Shown: piece by piece, positions 32,466-42,793 of the stretch
How the letters are laid out: every line of letters begins with the position of its first letter
Numbering within the stretch: position 1 is the stretch's first letter
NCBI GenBank assembly: GCA_020634015.1
Contig: JACKCN010000003.1
Span: 173,429-237,428 of the forward strand
Direction of reading: 5' to 3'
DNA from: Candidatus Delongbacteria bacterium
GTDB taxonomy: Bacteria > CAIWAD01
Length of the DNA stretch: 64,000 nt
Notes under the pieces: model-generated
Databases searched by the model: none
Told to the model about the DNA's origin: nothing
What the model saw: only the letters and a program-made list of their open reading frames with translations
Position numbers and translations under genes: made by a program

Positions 32466-33965
32466 ATGCGTTGTCTGCTGATCAATCCGGAATTTCCCGA
32501 CACCTTCTGGAGCTTCCGTCACGCCATTTCCTTCACCCGACGCAAGACGGCCCTGCCGCCCCTCGGTCTGCTGACCATGGCGGCGCTGCTGCCTGCCCAG
32601 TGGCCCATGCGATTGGTGGACCTGAACATCCGACCTCTCTCGGAGGCCGATCTGGCCTGGGCCGAGCTCGTGTTCATCGGTGCCATGAGCGTACAGCGTG
32701 ATTCAGCCCTGCATGCCATCGAGCGCTGCAAGACGGCCGGACTGCGAGTGGTGGGCGGCGGACCGCTCTTCACCATGGAGCCGGAACTCTTTCCCGCGGT
32801 GGATCATCTGGTGCTGGGAGAAGCCGAGCTGAGTCTGGCTCCCTTCCTGGCGGACCTGGAGGCCGGAACCGCCCGGCGCATGTATCACCCGACGGGCTTC
32901 GCCGATCTGGAGCACTCACCGCTTCCGCTCTGGGAACTGGCCGAGCTGGATGGCTACATGACCGCCTCGATCCAGAGTTCGCGCGGCTGTCCCTTCGACT
33001 GTGATTTCTGCAACGTGACCAGCCTGCTGGGGCGCAAGCCGCGCCAGAAGACCACGGCCCAGGTGCTGGCCGAACTGGACCGGCTCTGGGACCTGGGCTG
33101 GCGCAAGGGTGTGTTCTTCGTGGATGACAACTTCATCGGCAACCGGCCGCGCATCCTGCGGGACCTGCTGCCCGCGCTGGTCGACTGGCGGATGAACGGG
33201 CCTTCAGGACAACCACGCAAGGGCATGCCCTTCAATACCCAGGTCTCGATCAATCTGGCCGATGACGCCACGCTGATGGCCCTGATGGCCGCCGCGGGCT
33301 TCGACACGGTGTTCATCGGGCTGGAAACACCCGAGGACGACGCCCTTGCCGAATGCGGCAAGCGCCAGAACACGGGCCGCGACATGGTGGCCGACACCCA
33401 GCGCATCCAGCGGGCGGGCATGCAGGTTCAGGGCGGATTCATCGTGGGCTTCGACAACGACAGTCCCGGTGTGTTCCAGCGCCAGATCGACCTGATCCAG
33501 CGCTCGGGCATCGTCACGGCCATGGTCGGGCTGCTGCAGGCCCCTCCGGGCACAAGGCTGCACGCGCGCATGCGGGCGGCTGGGCGCATCCTCAGCGAGG
33601 ACTACGGCAACAATGTGGACGGGCGCACCAACATCCTGCCGCTGACGGCATCGGACTCCCTGCGCGACAACTACCGCGCGCTGATGCTGCACCTGTACAA
33701 ACCGAAAGTGTATTACGCGCGCGTGCGTACCTTCCTCAGGGAAATGAAACGCCCCAGCGTGCGCGCCCCGCTGGATCTGGATCGCGGCACCGCCTTCCTG
33801 CGCAGCCTCTGGCGACTGGGCGTGCTGGGACGCGAACGCTTCCACTTCTGGCGGCTGCTGCGCTGGACCCTCTTCCACCGCCCGCGCTCGATGCAGCTGG
33901 CCGTGACGCTGGCGATCTACGGCCATCACTTCCGCCGGGTCTGCGACACCCATCTCCGGGCCTGA
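32466..33965 (+). CDS. B12-binding domain radical SAM protein with C-terminal DUF4070
   Basis: The N-terminal cobalamin-binding fold is followed by 'SRGCPFDCDFCNV' (the CxxxCxxC radical-SAM cluster) and a DUF4070-like C-terminus. Start reassigned to MRCLLINPE. Confidence 0.8.
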   Translation: MRCLLINPEFPDTFWSFRHAISFTRRKTALPPLGLLTMAALLPAQWPMRLVDLNIRPLSEADLAWAELVFIGAMSVQRDSALHAIERCKTAGLRVVGGGPLFTMEPELFPAVDHLVLGEAELSLAPFLADLEAGTARRMYHPTGFADLEHSPLPLWELAELDGYMTASIQSSRGCPFDCDFCNVTSLLGRKPRQKTTAQVLAELDRLWDLGWRKGVFFVDDNFIGNRPRILRDLLPALVDWRMNGPSGQPRKGMPFNTQVSINLADDATLMALMAAAGFDTVFIGLETPEDDALAECGKRQNTGRDMVADTQRIQRAGMQVQGGFIVGFDNDSPGVFQRQIDLIQRSGIVTAMVGLLQAPPGTRLHARMRAAGRILSEDYGNNVDGRTNILPLTASDSLRDNYRALMLHLYKPKVYYARVRTFLREMKRPSVRAPLDLDRGTAFLRSLWRLGVLGRERFHFWRLLRWTLFHRPRSMQLAVTLAIYGHHFRRVCDTHLRA

Positions 33966-34070
33966 GCAACGTGAGCCTTGCGATTCCCGCATCCATTTCC
34001 TGATGAGTCGCCCGGGGACGCGGCACTTCCTATGTTGGGGCTGTCCCGCACATTCAGCTCCGGAGTCCTC

Positions 34071-35861
34071 ATGCCTGTCTTCCTGCGCACCCTGCTGGCC
34101 CTCCTGCTTCTGGCGGGAAGTGCACCAGCCCAGTTCCTCAGTGACCATCTGGCCCATCCCGAGCGCAACATCTCCTATGTGGACAGTTGCGCGCGTTTCT
34201 GGATGCCCACCTGGGACCCGGTCCAGGGCGGCTTCTACACCAACATCGATCGTACGGGACAGGTGATCAGTGCCTGGGGGCGCAACAAGAACCTGCTGAC
34301 CCAGACCCGCAACGCCTACGGACTGGTGCGGGCCTTCCAGCTCACGGGTGAACAGAGCTACCTGGATCGCGCTCACGAGGCGCTGGTCTGGATGCTGGCA
34401 CACGCCTGGGACACCGCCAACGGCGGAGGCTGGGTCAGTTCGCTGGGCGAGAACGGCCTGCCCACCTCGCCCAACGACAGCCGCAGCGCCTTTGACGCGC
34501 ACTACGCCTTGCTGGGGCTGGCGGCCTATGTGGAGGCGACGGGAGACCCCGAGATGCTGGCGGCCCTGCTGGCGGGCATCGAGCACCTGGAAGCGCATTT
34601 CTGGGACGATCGACCCGGACTGGAAGGCTACTGGGATCACACCAACAGCAGCAACGGCAATCCGGGCGGCAAGAGCTTCAACGCCACCGTGGACGCGGTG
34701 ACGACCCATGTGCTGCTGATGGACCTGATGACCGGCGAGCCCCAGTACCGCCAGCGCCTGCAGACCCTTGCCGGGCAGATGGTGTCACATCTGGTGGCGT
34801 CGATGCCCGCGCAGGCCATCGGCTTCGTCGAGGAATACAACCCCGACTGGCAGCCCGACAACGGCGAGACCATGACCATCATGGGCCATGTGCTGAAGAC
34901 CGCCTGGTGTCTGGGCCGCACCTACCGGCTGGATGGCAATCCGCAATGGCTTGATGCGTCCCATACTCTCTTCGATAACGTCTGGGATCTGGGCTACGAC
35001 CATGAATATGGTGGCCCGTACAAGGACTTCAACCGTGTCACGGGCCAGATGCTGATGTGGAGCAATCCGGACACGGCCAAGGCCTGGTGGCAGATGGAGC
35101 AGGCCGTGGTGGCCGGACTGATGCTGAATGGCCTGTCCGAGGACGAACGCCAGCTGCAGATGGCCGACGAGACCCTGGTGTTCTTCATGGACCATTTCGT
35201 CGACCCCGTCTACGGCGAGATCTACGAGAACCGCACCATCCGGGGCAATGAGACATGGGGCCTGAACAAGGGCGGCGGCGGCAAGGCGGGTTATCATTCC
35301 ATCGAGACGGGCTACTACGCCTACCTCTACGGCAAGCTGCTGCTGCACGGCGACCCGGCCACGCTGCGCTACCGCTTCGTGTCGGCGGAACTGGAGCGCA
35401 ACATCCGGCTGACACCGATCGCCATCGAAGAGGGAGAGCTGCAGATCGCCCAGATCCTGCACGAAGGCGAGCCGTGGACGGACTTCGATCCGCTGGAACG
35501 CACCCTGCACATTCCCGCGGGCAATGGGGGCGAGTTCGAGGTCGTCTTCCAGCGCGCGGGAACCGGACTGCCGGCCCCCGACGGCCGCGGACTTCCCGGC
35601 GCGATCACGCTCTCGGCGGGCCAGCCCAATCCCTTCAACCCGAGCACGCGCCTGAGTTTCACCCTGGCCCATGCAGGCCAGGCTCGCCTGTGCGTCTACA
35701 ACCTGGCGGGCCAGCGGGTGGCAACCCTGCTCGAGGGCCCCACCGCCGCGGGATCCCACGAGCTGCGCTTCGACGCGGGCCATCTGCCCTCGGGACTCTA
35801 CTTCGTCAGTCTGGAAGCCCTGGGCCAGTGCCGCACGCGCAAGCTCAGCCTGGTGCGCTGA
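34071..35861 (+). CDS. secreted N-acylglucosamine 2-epimerase (AGE) superfamily / six-hairpin glycosidase-like protein with T9SS C-terminal sorting domain
   Basis: Signal peptide followed by (alpha/alpha)6-like repeats with Trp-rich motifs. The final ~80 aa, 'GQPNPFNPSTRLSFTLAHAGQARLCVYNLAGQRVATLLEG...LPSGLYFVSLEALGQCRTRKLSLVR', match the T9SS type-A CTD pattern. Confidence 0.65.
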   Translation: MPVFLRTLLALLLLAGSAPAQFLSDHLAHPERNISYVDSCARFWMPTWDPVQGGFYTNIDRTGQVISAWGRNKNLLTQTRNAYGLVRAFQLTGEQSYLDRAHEALVWMLAHAWDTANGGGWVSSLGENGLPTSPNDSRSAFDAHYALLGLAAYVEATGDPEMLAALLAGIEHLEAHFWDDRPGLEGYWDHTNSSNGNPGGKSFNATVDAVTTHVLLMDLMTGEPQYRQRLQTLAGQMVSHLVASMPAQAIGFVEEYNPDWQPDNGETMTIMGHVLKTAWCLGRTYRLDGNPQWLDASHTLFDNVWDLGYDHEYGGPYKDFNRVTGQMLMWSNPDTAKAWWQMEQAVVAGLMLNGLSEDERQLQMADETLVFFMDHFVDPVYGEIYENRTIRGNETWGLNKGGGGKAGYHSIETGYYAYLYGKLLLHGDPATLRYRFVSAELERNIRLTPIAIEEGELQIAQILHEGEPWTDFDPLERTLHIPAGNGGEFEVVFQRAGTGLPAPDGRGLPGAITLSAGQPNPFNPSTRLSFTLAHAGQARLCVYNLAGQRVATLLEGPTAAGSHELRFDAGHLPSGLYFVSLEALGQCRTRKLSLVR

Positions 35862-36040
35862 GCGGGGCCATCGCGCCTGCCCGGATCCTTGTTCGCAGTG
35901 TTCAATTCTGGGCGAGCATCCGCGAACTCACCATCGACATGTTGACGAATCCTTCACGGACGTGACGGGATTCTCGACCCGGGCCGCTTCGGGCGGGCGG
36001 CCCGGATTTTGCTTTGGCGAGGTGTTTTCCCCCATCATCC

Positions 36041-38059
36041 ATGAGGACATCCATGCGCACACTGCTTGCCCCATCGCTGGTCACCCTGCTGCTTGCCGGA
36101 GCGGGACGGACCGCGGATCTGCCCATGTCGACCGATTCTGCCATGCACCAGCCGAGACCGAACCAGACACTCAATGGCGATGCGGACCAGCGTCCCGCCA
36201 ACGACAGCCCGCGCGACAACCGCACTCTGTGCGACAACGCGGTGGTGCTGTCCTGCAACGAGGTGTTCAATGGCTCGTCGGCCCTGTCCCAGAACGGCGA
36301 CACCTGGTCCAACTACTGTTTCAGCGGCGACACGGGCCCCGAGGTCATCCACGTCCTCGAGCACGGTGGCGGCCCGCTGACCCTGACATTGAACAGCGGC
36401 GACTCCAGCCAGCTGGACCTGATCCTGCTGGGCGGCTGTGATGAGGCCGATTGTCTGGCCATGCCCTGGCTGGTGGGCAGCAGCGAGAGCATTTCCGGCA
36501 GTTACCCTGCGGGCACGTATCACGTGGTCGTTGACGCCTATGGCTGGGATGGCCAGCCCTTCACCTACACCCTGGAAACCAGCTGCCTGGGCAATGTGGA
36601 CCTCTGCGCCAACGCCATTCCCCTGCTCTGCGGCAGCACGGTGGTGGGCTCCAGCGACGATTCGCAGAACGGCAATGCCTGGAGCAGCTACTGTTTCAGC
36701 GGCGACAGCGGCCCCGAAGTGATCTACTCGCTGGAGCACCCGGGCGGACCGCTGAATCTGCAGCTCAGTTCCACCGACAGCGAACAGCTGGACCTGATTC
36801 TGCTGGGCAGCTGCGACAGCCAGGACTGCCTGGCCATGCCCTGGCTGGTGGGCAGCGACGAGACCATTTCCGGCGACTATCCCGCGGGCACGTATCACGT
36901 GGTCGTGGATGCCTACGGCTGGAATGGGCAGCCCTTCACCTTCGAGCTGAGCGCCATCTGCCCGGGCGAGGCCGACTACTGCGCCAGCGCGATTCCCCTG
37001 GGCTGCGATGAGCTGGCTTTCGGCAACTCGGAGCAATCGCAGAACGGCAATCTCTGGGGCGAGTACTGCTTCAGCGGCGAGAGCGCTCCGGAAGTGATTT
37101 ACGTGCTCAATCACCCGGGCGGCCTGCTGGACCTCAGTCTCAGTTCCGAGGACAGCAACCAGCTGGACCTGATCCTGCTGGGCAGCTGCGACCCGGCCGA
37201 CTGTCTGGCCATGCCCTGGCTGATCGGCAGCAGCGAGAGCATTTCGGGCGTCTATCCGGCGGGCGAGTACTACGTGGTCGTGGACGCCTTCAACTGGAAC
37301 GGGCTGCCCTTCAGCTTCGCCCTGCGCTCCGGCCCTTGCATCGATGGGCTGGAGTGTCACCACGGCAGCAGTTCGCTGCTGCTGAGCCTGCCCGACATCA
37401 ATGGCATCGCGCTGGAGTATTACCAGCTCTTCGTGCCTGCGACCGCCGGTGTGCTGGGCCAGGTGACCCTCAACCTGAACACCAGTGCATTTCCGGATCA
37501 CGCGGGCGTGCTGAGCCTGAGCGTGCTGCACGCCGACGGTCTGGGGCAACCCACCCTGCTGCAGGGGCAACTGGACGTGGACACCGATCTGCTGCTTGAC
37601 GGCTACAACGATTTTGACATGAGCGGTCTCGGGTACGCCGTGACGCCCGGCCAGGATTTCAGCATCGGGCTGAGCTTCACCGGAGATGGCCCCGCCGACC
37701 GGATCGGCTTTTATGCCGGCGAACCCGGTGGCTACGACGGATTCAGTTCGTTCTACGATGGCGTGAGCTACGATTCCTGGTGGGCCAATGGCGGTGAGCT
37801 GTACGACGAGCTGAATCTGTGCATGCTCGTGTTCACCGCGCCCTGTCCGCCCAGGCCCATGTCGGTGGAGCCCAGTGGCAGCGACATCATGCTCAGCTGG
37901 ACGCCCGACAGTGGCCAGATCCGCATCGAAGCCTCCCTGGATGCCTATGCGGGCTTCCTGCCCCTGGCCACCGTGGACGCCAGCCTGGGCAGCTGGACCG
38001 ACGCCAACGCTTTGGGAGCGCCTCATCGTTTCTACCGGATCGTGCATATCTGCAACTGA
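36041..38059 (+). CDS. secreted protein with three tandem pre-peptidase C-terminal (PPC) domains
   Basis: Signal peptide, then three ~122-aa repeats fitting the PPC pattern (D.D.Y.F....G.L...L......DLDL.L.......S......I......G.YY..V..Y.G..Y.L). Other in-frame ATGs lie at 36014 and 36053. Confidence 0.65.
   Translation: MRTSMRTLLAPSLVTLLLAGAGRTADLPMSTDSAMHQPRPNQTLNGDADQRPANDSPRDNRTLCDNAVVLSCNEVFNGSSALSQNGDTWSNYCFSGDTGPEVIHVLEHGGGPLTLTLNSGDSSQLDLILLGGCDEADCLAMPWLVGSSESISGSYPAGTYHVVVDAYGWDGQPFTYTLETSCLGNVDLCANAIPLLCGSTVVGSSDDSQNGNAWSSYCFSGDSGPEVIYSLEHPGGPLNLQLSSTDSEQLDLILLGSCDSQDCLAMPWLVGSDETISGDYPAGTYHVVVDAYGWNGQPFTFELSAICPGEADYCASAIPLGCDELAFGNSEQSQNGNLWGEYCFSGESAPEVIYVLNHPGGLLDLSLSSEDSNQLDLILLGSCDPADCLAMPWLIGSSESISGVYPAGEYYVVVDAFNWNGLPFSFALRSGPCIDGLECHHGSSSLLLSLPDINGIALEYYQLFVPATAGVLGQVTLNLNTSAFPDHAGVLSLSVLHADGLGQPTLLQGQLDVDTDLLLDGYNDFDMSGLGYAVTPGQDFSIGLSFTGDGPADRIGFYAGEPGGYDGFSSFYDGVSYDSWWANGGELYDELNLCMLVFTAPCPPRPMSVEPSGSDIMLSWTPDSGQIRIEASLDAYAGFLPLATVDASLGSWTDANALGAPHRFYRIVHICN
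36230..37327 (+). repeat. three tandem ~366-bp intragenic repeats (PPC-domain units)
   Basis: The units at 36230-36595, 36596-36961 and 36962-37327 encode near-identical motifs (SQNG..WS.YCFSGD.GPEVI, QLDLILLGSCD..DCLAMPWLVGS, YPAGTYHVVVDAYGWNGQPFT). Confidence 0.7.
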
Positions 38060-38228
38060 TCGCTCATGACACAGGATTCTGATGAAAGGGCACCCCGCGG
38101 GGTGCCCTTCTGTCTTTCACGGATCGCGCACTCCGGAATTTCGTTGCACCCGGCCTGACCGGGGTGTATCATGGTGCAGCTTCCGCCGCAACAGGAAGCA
38201 GGTACACGATACCAGTGCGGAGGTGAGC

Positions 38229-40049
38229 ATGCTCCCTGTCGATTTTCTGAAGAACGTGATCCGCAACGCATGTCGAGACGCGGCTGCGCCTTGCGTTCGC
38301 ACGGCCCGGCATGTCCTGGCGATTCTCCTGCTGCTGTCGATCCTTCCTGCACATGCCGCCACGCGACAGGCACATCGGATGGGCACCGGTTCGGGCTATC
38401 TGGACAATCAGGATGCCGTGGAGATCGGGCGTGAGCAGCAACTGGCGGATTCGCTGGGCGACTGGTTCCATGGAGGATGTTCGTGGCGAAAGGTGCAGAA
38501 GCATTCCCGCGGCGAGCCGATGGACTGGACGCGCACGGATGCATGGGTCGACAGTGTGCGCGCGCATGGCAGGAGCATTCTGCTGGGACTGTATGGCACA
38601 CCCTCCTGGGCGCGACCGGTTGAGTTTCAGGTGCGGGATCCGGAACAGGACAATGATCCGTCCCGATACGCCGCTGCTCCCTCCCGCTCACATCTGCAGG
38701 ACTGGGCACACTTCTGCGCACGGGCTGCGGCCCGCTATTCGGCGCGAGGCGTGCATCACTACGAGATCTGGAATGAGCCCAATGCCCAGGGCTTCTTCAC
38801 CACCAATGATTCGTCCGCGCACTATCCCGAATTGCTGCGGATCGCCGCGGACTCGATTCGCAGCGTGGATCCAGACGCCTTCATCGTGACGGGCGGAATG
38901 CAACCCATCCCCTGGAGTCGCATCGATTCGACCATGACCCTGTTGGGGGATTCCATTTACGTTCGCACCTCGTTCAAGGATTCCAGTCTGAGCTCACGGG
39001 ACTGGTTGCTGCGTCTGTACGACTGGAGCCGGGATCCCGTGCTGAATCCTGAAGGCCACGATATCCGCGAGTCCTTCGATGCGGTGGCCTACCACCCCTA
39101 CGCCTTCTTCGACTGGCGCAGTGGACCCGCCCACTGGCATGAGTATGGGCCACTGGCCGACTATCCAGTGACGGCAGATGGTTTCGGGCCTCATTCCAGA
39201 CAGTCCCTGTTTCTGTATACGAAAAACCTCCACAACATCATGCGGGCCAATCAGGACGGTGCCAAGCAGATCTGGGGCAGTGAATTCGGTCTGCCGACCG
39301 GTGCGCTGAAGTACCGGAACATTCCGGAAAACTGGCCCGACCCGGCGCTTTACGACTCGACCTTCGGTGCCACAATCTGGTTCTCCAATCCAGCCATGGA
39401 AACCTTGCAGGCCGCCTGGGTGAATGACTACATGTCACAGTGGCTGGCCTGGGATTTCACGGGTCCTTTGATCTGGTTCAGCATCCGGGACCGGGTCCCG
39501 GGAAAAGTCTGGAACAAACCCTGGATGCGCTATTCCGGGGGGTACGACTGGTACGGCTTCGCGCGCAATCTGGACTGGTCACTCAAACCGGCGTACACCG
39601 AGCTGCGCAACTGGGCCACGGGGCGGGCAAAGTATCACATCGGAGAAGGCCCGGAGTTCGATCATCAGCGCTGGTCAACCCCGCTGGCCACGCTCATTCG
39701 GGCCAGCGCCGCCCACCAGGACACGGTGCGGATCTGGTTTCATGAAAGAGATTCAGCCTGCGACACGGTGGACTTCAGCCAGCTTGATTTCAGTACGCTG
39801 GATGCGCGGTCGCCGTTCTGCTGTCTCGAGTTGAGGGGAGCGGGGCCGGAGCGCAAGGATGGGGGCAACGATGGCCAGGATTGTGTCCGCTTGCGGGTCC
39901 GGGGAAATCTGGATCTGGAGGGGCGCTTCGATCTGGTGCTGTCCGATCTGTGTGTCGAACAGGATGGCCCCGGGCGACTGTCGGCGTTCATTGCACCGCG
40001 CACGGTCGTGATCGACCGCTGCCGTTTCGTACCGCTCTCCGAGCCGTGA
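38229..40049 (+). CDS. secreted glycoside hydrolase, clan GH-A (GH5/GH39-like) with C-terminal accessory domain
   Basis: Signal peptide, then 'GVHHYEIWNEPN' (the NEP catalytic acid/base motif of clan GH-A) and a later 'WGSEFG' nucleophile-like region. GGAGGTGAG RBS. The start is the in-frame ATG in track ORF 38082..40049. Confidence 0.65.
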   Translation: MLPVDFLKNVIRNACRDAAAPCVRTARHVLAILLLLSILPAHAATRQAHRMGTGSGYLDNQDAVEIGREQQLADSLGDWFHGGCSWRKVQKHSRGEPMDWTRTDAWVDSVRAHGRSILLGLYGTPSWARPVEFQVRDPEQDNDPSRYAAAPSRSHLQDWAHFCARAAARYSARGVHHYEIWNEPNAQGFFTTNDSSAHYPELLRIAADSIRSVDPDAFIVTGGMQPIPWSRIDSTMTLLGDSIYVRTSFKDSSLSSRDWLLRLYDWSRDPVLNPEGHDIRESFDAVAYHPYAFFDWRSGPAHWHEYGPLADYPVTADGFGPHSRQSLFLYTKNLHNIMRANQDGAKQIWGSEFGLPTGALKYRNIPENWPDPALYDSTFGATIWFSNPAMETLQAAWVNDYMSQWLAWDFTGPLIWFSIRDRVPGKVWNKPWMRYSGGYDWYGFARNLDWSLKPAYTELRNWATGRAKYHIGEGPEFDHQRWSTPLATLIRASAAHQDTVRIWFHERDSACDTVDFSQLDFSTLDARSPFCCLELRGAGPERKDGGNDGQDCVRLRVRGNLDLEGRFDLVLSDLCVEQDGPGRLSAFIAPRTVVIDRCRFVPLSEP

Positions 40050-40231
40050 TCCGCAGCATGCAGAACGAACGGAACCTGCTCCTTGCCGCCATGAAGCGAA
40101 CTGTCGTGGGTGGCGCTTGACCTGCCCGGAAGGCACGATGCAGAATCCTGCCTGAACCGCTTGCCGGCTCCGGCGCGGCAAGCCGCAGCGCTCACCGGAT
40201 GGCGATCACCGCGTTGCCGACTCCCACGGGA

Positions 40232-41164
40232 TCAGAGCTGCAGGAGGCGCGGCAATCCACTGCTGGCCAGGGCATTGCGACCCCATGTCAGACTCACTCC
40301 GGGCACGCTCTGGTCCTGGCGCGTATTCCGGACCAGCACGAAAATCGACAGCTCCAGGCGGGATGCGGGAGACCAGTGACCCAGCAGGGCTCCCATCGGG
40401 CCACTCTGGAAGGCATGCTGCAGCTCACTGGCCAGATGATGATGGCGCACGACGCCCGCGCCGACTTCCAATCGCCAACCTGTGGCAGGCATCCAGTCGC
40501 CGTGAGCCAACAGGCTTGCACGGTGGAATCCGGCTCCACTCTCGCAATGCGCCGCCAGAATTCCGGCCCGGGAGCCTGCACCTTTCAGCGCAATCCAGTC
40601 CAGCCGTTGTGTGAACAGGCCGCCCCAGTGTCTGTGCGTGGGATACTCAAGATCCAGCAGGGCGTTGCCACTGAGTCCGTGGTAGCCATTCTGCAGTGAT
40701 TGGCCGCCCAGGTCGCCTCGAGCCGCGAGACCCAGCCCCATGGTCCAGGCCAGAGATTGGCTGTGCCACAGGGAGTTCTCGAGCTGAACGAATCCCAGAT
40801 CCGTGCGGGTGCCCGAGAGTCGGTCGGTGAGGCAGTGCAGCGCCAGCCCCAGTTCAAGGGAGCGCTGCGGCGGCCCCCAGGCATGCCAGGCCGCCAGGGA
40901 AAAGGTCAGATGGTCATCCTGGGCCCGCCCGTGCCCTTCGCGCAGAAAGCGCAGCAGATCCACCGTGTCCTCGCGAAAGGTCAGCCCGGTCTGAGCCCCC
41001 GCGCCGTGGCAGGGCCGTGCCGGGCCCAGCACGAGACACGCGGCAAGCAGGAGACAGCCTGCCGCCTGAAGAAAGCGCCAGAACCGTGCGGGAGCCTCAA
41101 TGGAACAGGCGTGGGGCATCGGGGGTCCGGAACTCAGTCGCTGATCCTCAGGTCCTCGCTGCAC
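40232..41164 (-). CDS. secreted/outer-membrane hypothetical protein
   Basis: A signal-like N-terminus with His/Trp-rich segments. No secure family assignment, and the start is uncertain. Confidence 0.35.
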   Translation of the reverse strand: MQRGPEDQRLSSGPPMPHACSIEAPARFWRFLQAAGCLLLAACLVLGPARPCHGAGAQTGLTFREDTVDLLRFLREGHGRAQDDHLTFSLAAWHAWGPPQRSLELGLALHCLTDRLSGTRTDLGFVQLENSLWHSQSLAWTMGLGLAARGDLGGQSLQNGYHGLSGNALLDLEYPTHRHWGGLFTQRLDWIALKGAGSRAGILAAHCESGAGFHRASLLAHGDWMPATGWRLEVGAGVVRHHHLASELQHAFQSGPMGALLGHWSPASRLELSIFVLVRNTRQDQSVPGVSLTWGRNALASSGLPRLLQL

Positions 41165-41673
41165 ACCAGGCTCACACGGGGGCCGAAACTGTCCAGGCCG
41201 GCCAGGGTGGCGTTGTGGTGAGCCACGATCTGACCCGCGCTGAGCACGCCGTTGTCCATGGTGGTGTGGGCGTCGGAGACCAGCACCACCGGGTAGCCAT
41301 GGGCCAGTGCCGCGCGCACGGTGGAATCCACACAGTATTCACTTTGCAGGCCGCAGATGATCAGCCGCTGGATGCCAGCCGCGTCCAGACCCTTCTTGAG
41401 GTCGGTCCCGTGGAACGAATCGGGGGTGGTCTTGCGCACGCGCGCGTCCCCGGGCAATGGCTGCAGGCGGCTGTCCAGCTGCCAACCCGGACTGCCCCAG
41501 CGCAGCAGCTCGTGATCCTCTTCGTGCTGGATCCAGAACACGGGCACACCAGCGGCGCGTGCCCTGACCGTCAGAGTGTTGATGCGCGATGTCAGCACTT
41601 CGGCGTCATGCACGGAATACTCTCCCGTGCAGAGTGCTTGCTGGACATCGATCACAAGGAGTGCGGTTTTCAT
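41134..41673 (-). CDS. isochorismatase-family cysteine hydrolase
   Basis: 'KTALLVIDVQQAL' (catalytic Asp), a Lys, and 'ICGLQSEYCVDSTVRAA' (catalytic Cys). GGGGAGG RBS. Start reassigned to MKTALL. Confidence 0.8.
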   Translation of the reverse strand: MKTALLVIDVQQALCTGEYSVHDAEVLTSRINTLTVRARAAGVPVFWIQHEEDHELLRWGSPGWQLDSRLQPLPGDARVRKTTPDSFHGTDLKKGLDAAGIQRLIICGLQSEYCVDSTVRAALAHGYPVVLVSDAHTTMDNGVLSAGQIVAHHNATLAGLDSFGPRVSLVCSEDLRISD

Positions 41674-41727
41674 CGGGCCTCCCCAGATTTCATTGTGTTC
41701 CAGTCTGTTGTCCATTCCGGGCCCGGG

Positions 41728-42726
41728 TCATGCCGACCTGGCGCGCCGGATCAACTCCGCCTCGCGCTCCGGGTCGAGGGCCAGCTGGATCCGGGCACCT
41801 TGCTGGATGGAGGCACGCACACGTGCGATGGTATCTGCCAGCGGTGTGATCCGCAGCCCCAGGCTCCGTGCTTTGGCGTTGGAGACATCCATCAGGCCGC
41901 TGTATGGCTGGCCATCGGCTCTGTACAGTGGCAGCAGCTGAAAGTTCAGGCCCGCTTCATCGAGCATGCCCCATGGCACCCAGACCGGATCCGGCACGCC
42001 CAGCATGGACATGAATTCCGTCCAGCGCACGCGTTCGCCCGCCAGGTTGAAGGCACCCGGTAGGTTGTGTTCCAGAACCGTGCCGACGAACCGGGCCACA
42101 TCCTCCACATCGATCAACTGCAGCCAGTCCTGCCCGGCACCGGGCGCGAGCATCGGGCCGGGCAGCAGAGCGCGCTGCACCCAGTGACCCAGTCTGGACC
42201 AAGGGTCCGCGGGCCCCGCGACCACCTGGGGACGCAGGATCGTGGCCCGCGCGCCGAATGTCTCACGCACGATGCGCTCGCAGGTGGCCTTGAGACGCCC
42301 ATAGTTGCCACCGGCCAGATCGGTCTCGGTTTCCGGGGCCTCGGGGGTCAGGGGTGTGCTCTCGTCCACCGGTCCGCTGGACAGGGGGCCATAGGCCGCC
42401 GCCGAACTGATGAACAGGTAGCGCTCGACCCTCCCGGCCAGGGCCCGGGAGGACGCTCGCACCTGGATCGCGGTGTAGCCCGACAGATCCACGCAGACAT
42501 CCCAGGTGCGTGTGCCGAGGGCCGCGATGCCGGCTGGCCCCGCATCGCGATCGCCGTGCAGGCGTTCGACTTCGGCGGGCAGGTCGCCGTCCCGTGCGCC
42601 TCGAGTCAGGATGGTGAGCGTGCAAGCCCTGGCCAGCAGCGCTTGCACCACGGCCGACCCGATGAACCCGGTGCCGCCCAGGATCAGGATCCGTTCGCCG
42701 CAGAGGCCTGTGGTGCTCGCCATCAA
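41728..42726 (-). CDS. NAD-dependent epimerase/dehydratase family (extended SDR) protein
   Basis: 'ILILGGTGFIGSAVVQALLA' Rossmann motif and a YxxxK-like 'YGRLK'. Confidence 0.8.
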   Translation of the reverse strand: MMASTTGLCGERILILGGTGFIGSAVVQALLARACTLTILTRGARDGDLPAEVERLHGDRDAGPAGIAALGTRTWDVCVDLSGYTAIQVRASSRALAGRVERYLFISSAAAYGPLSSGPVDESTPLTPEAPETETDLAGGNYGRLKATCERIVRETFGARATILRPQVVAGPADPWSRLGHWVQRALLPGPMLAPGAGQDWLQLIDVEDVARFVGTVLEHNLPGAFNLAGERVRWTEFMSMLGVPDPVWVPWGMLDEAGLNFQLLPLYRADGQPYSGLMDVSNAKARSLGLRITPLADTIARVRASIQQGARIQLALDPEREAELIRRARSA

Positions 42727-42793
42727 GATCTCCGTTCCTGCATCAGTTCCATGCCGCCTTCACATCCACCTGATGCGAAGGTTCGACCGCCGC

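Noticed and set aside
40232-41164. Possible LpxR-like lipid A deacylase assignment for the 310-aa secreted ORF
   Set aside because: Only a vague compositional resemblance (His/Trp-rich, signal peptide). No diagnostic motif could be matched, so it is reported only as hypothetical.
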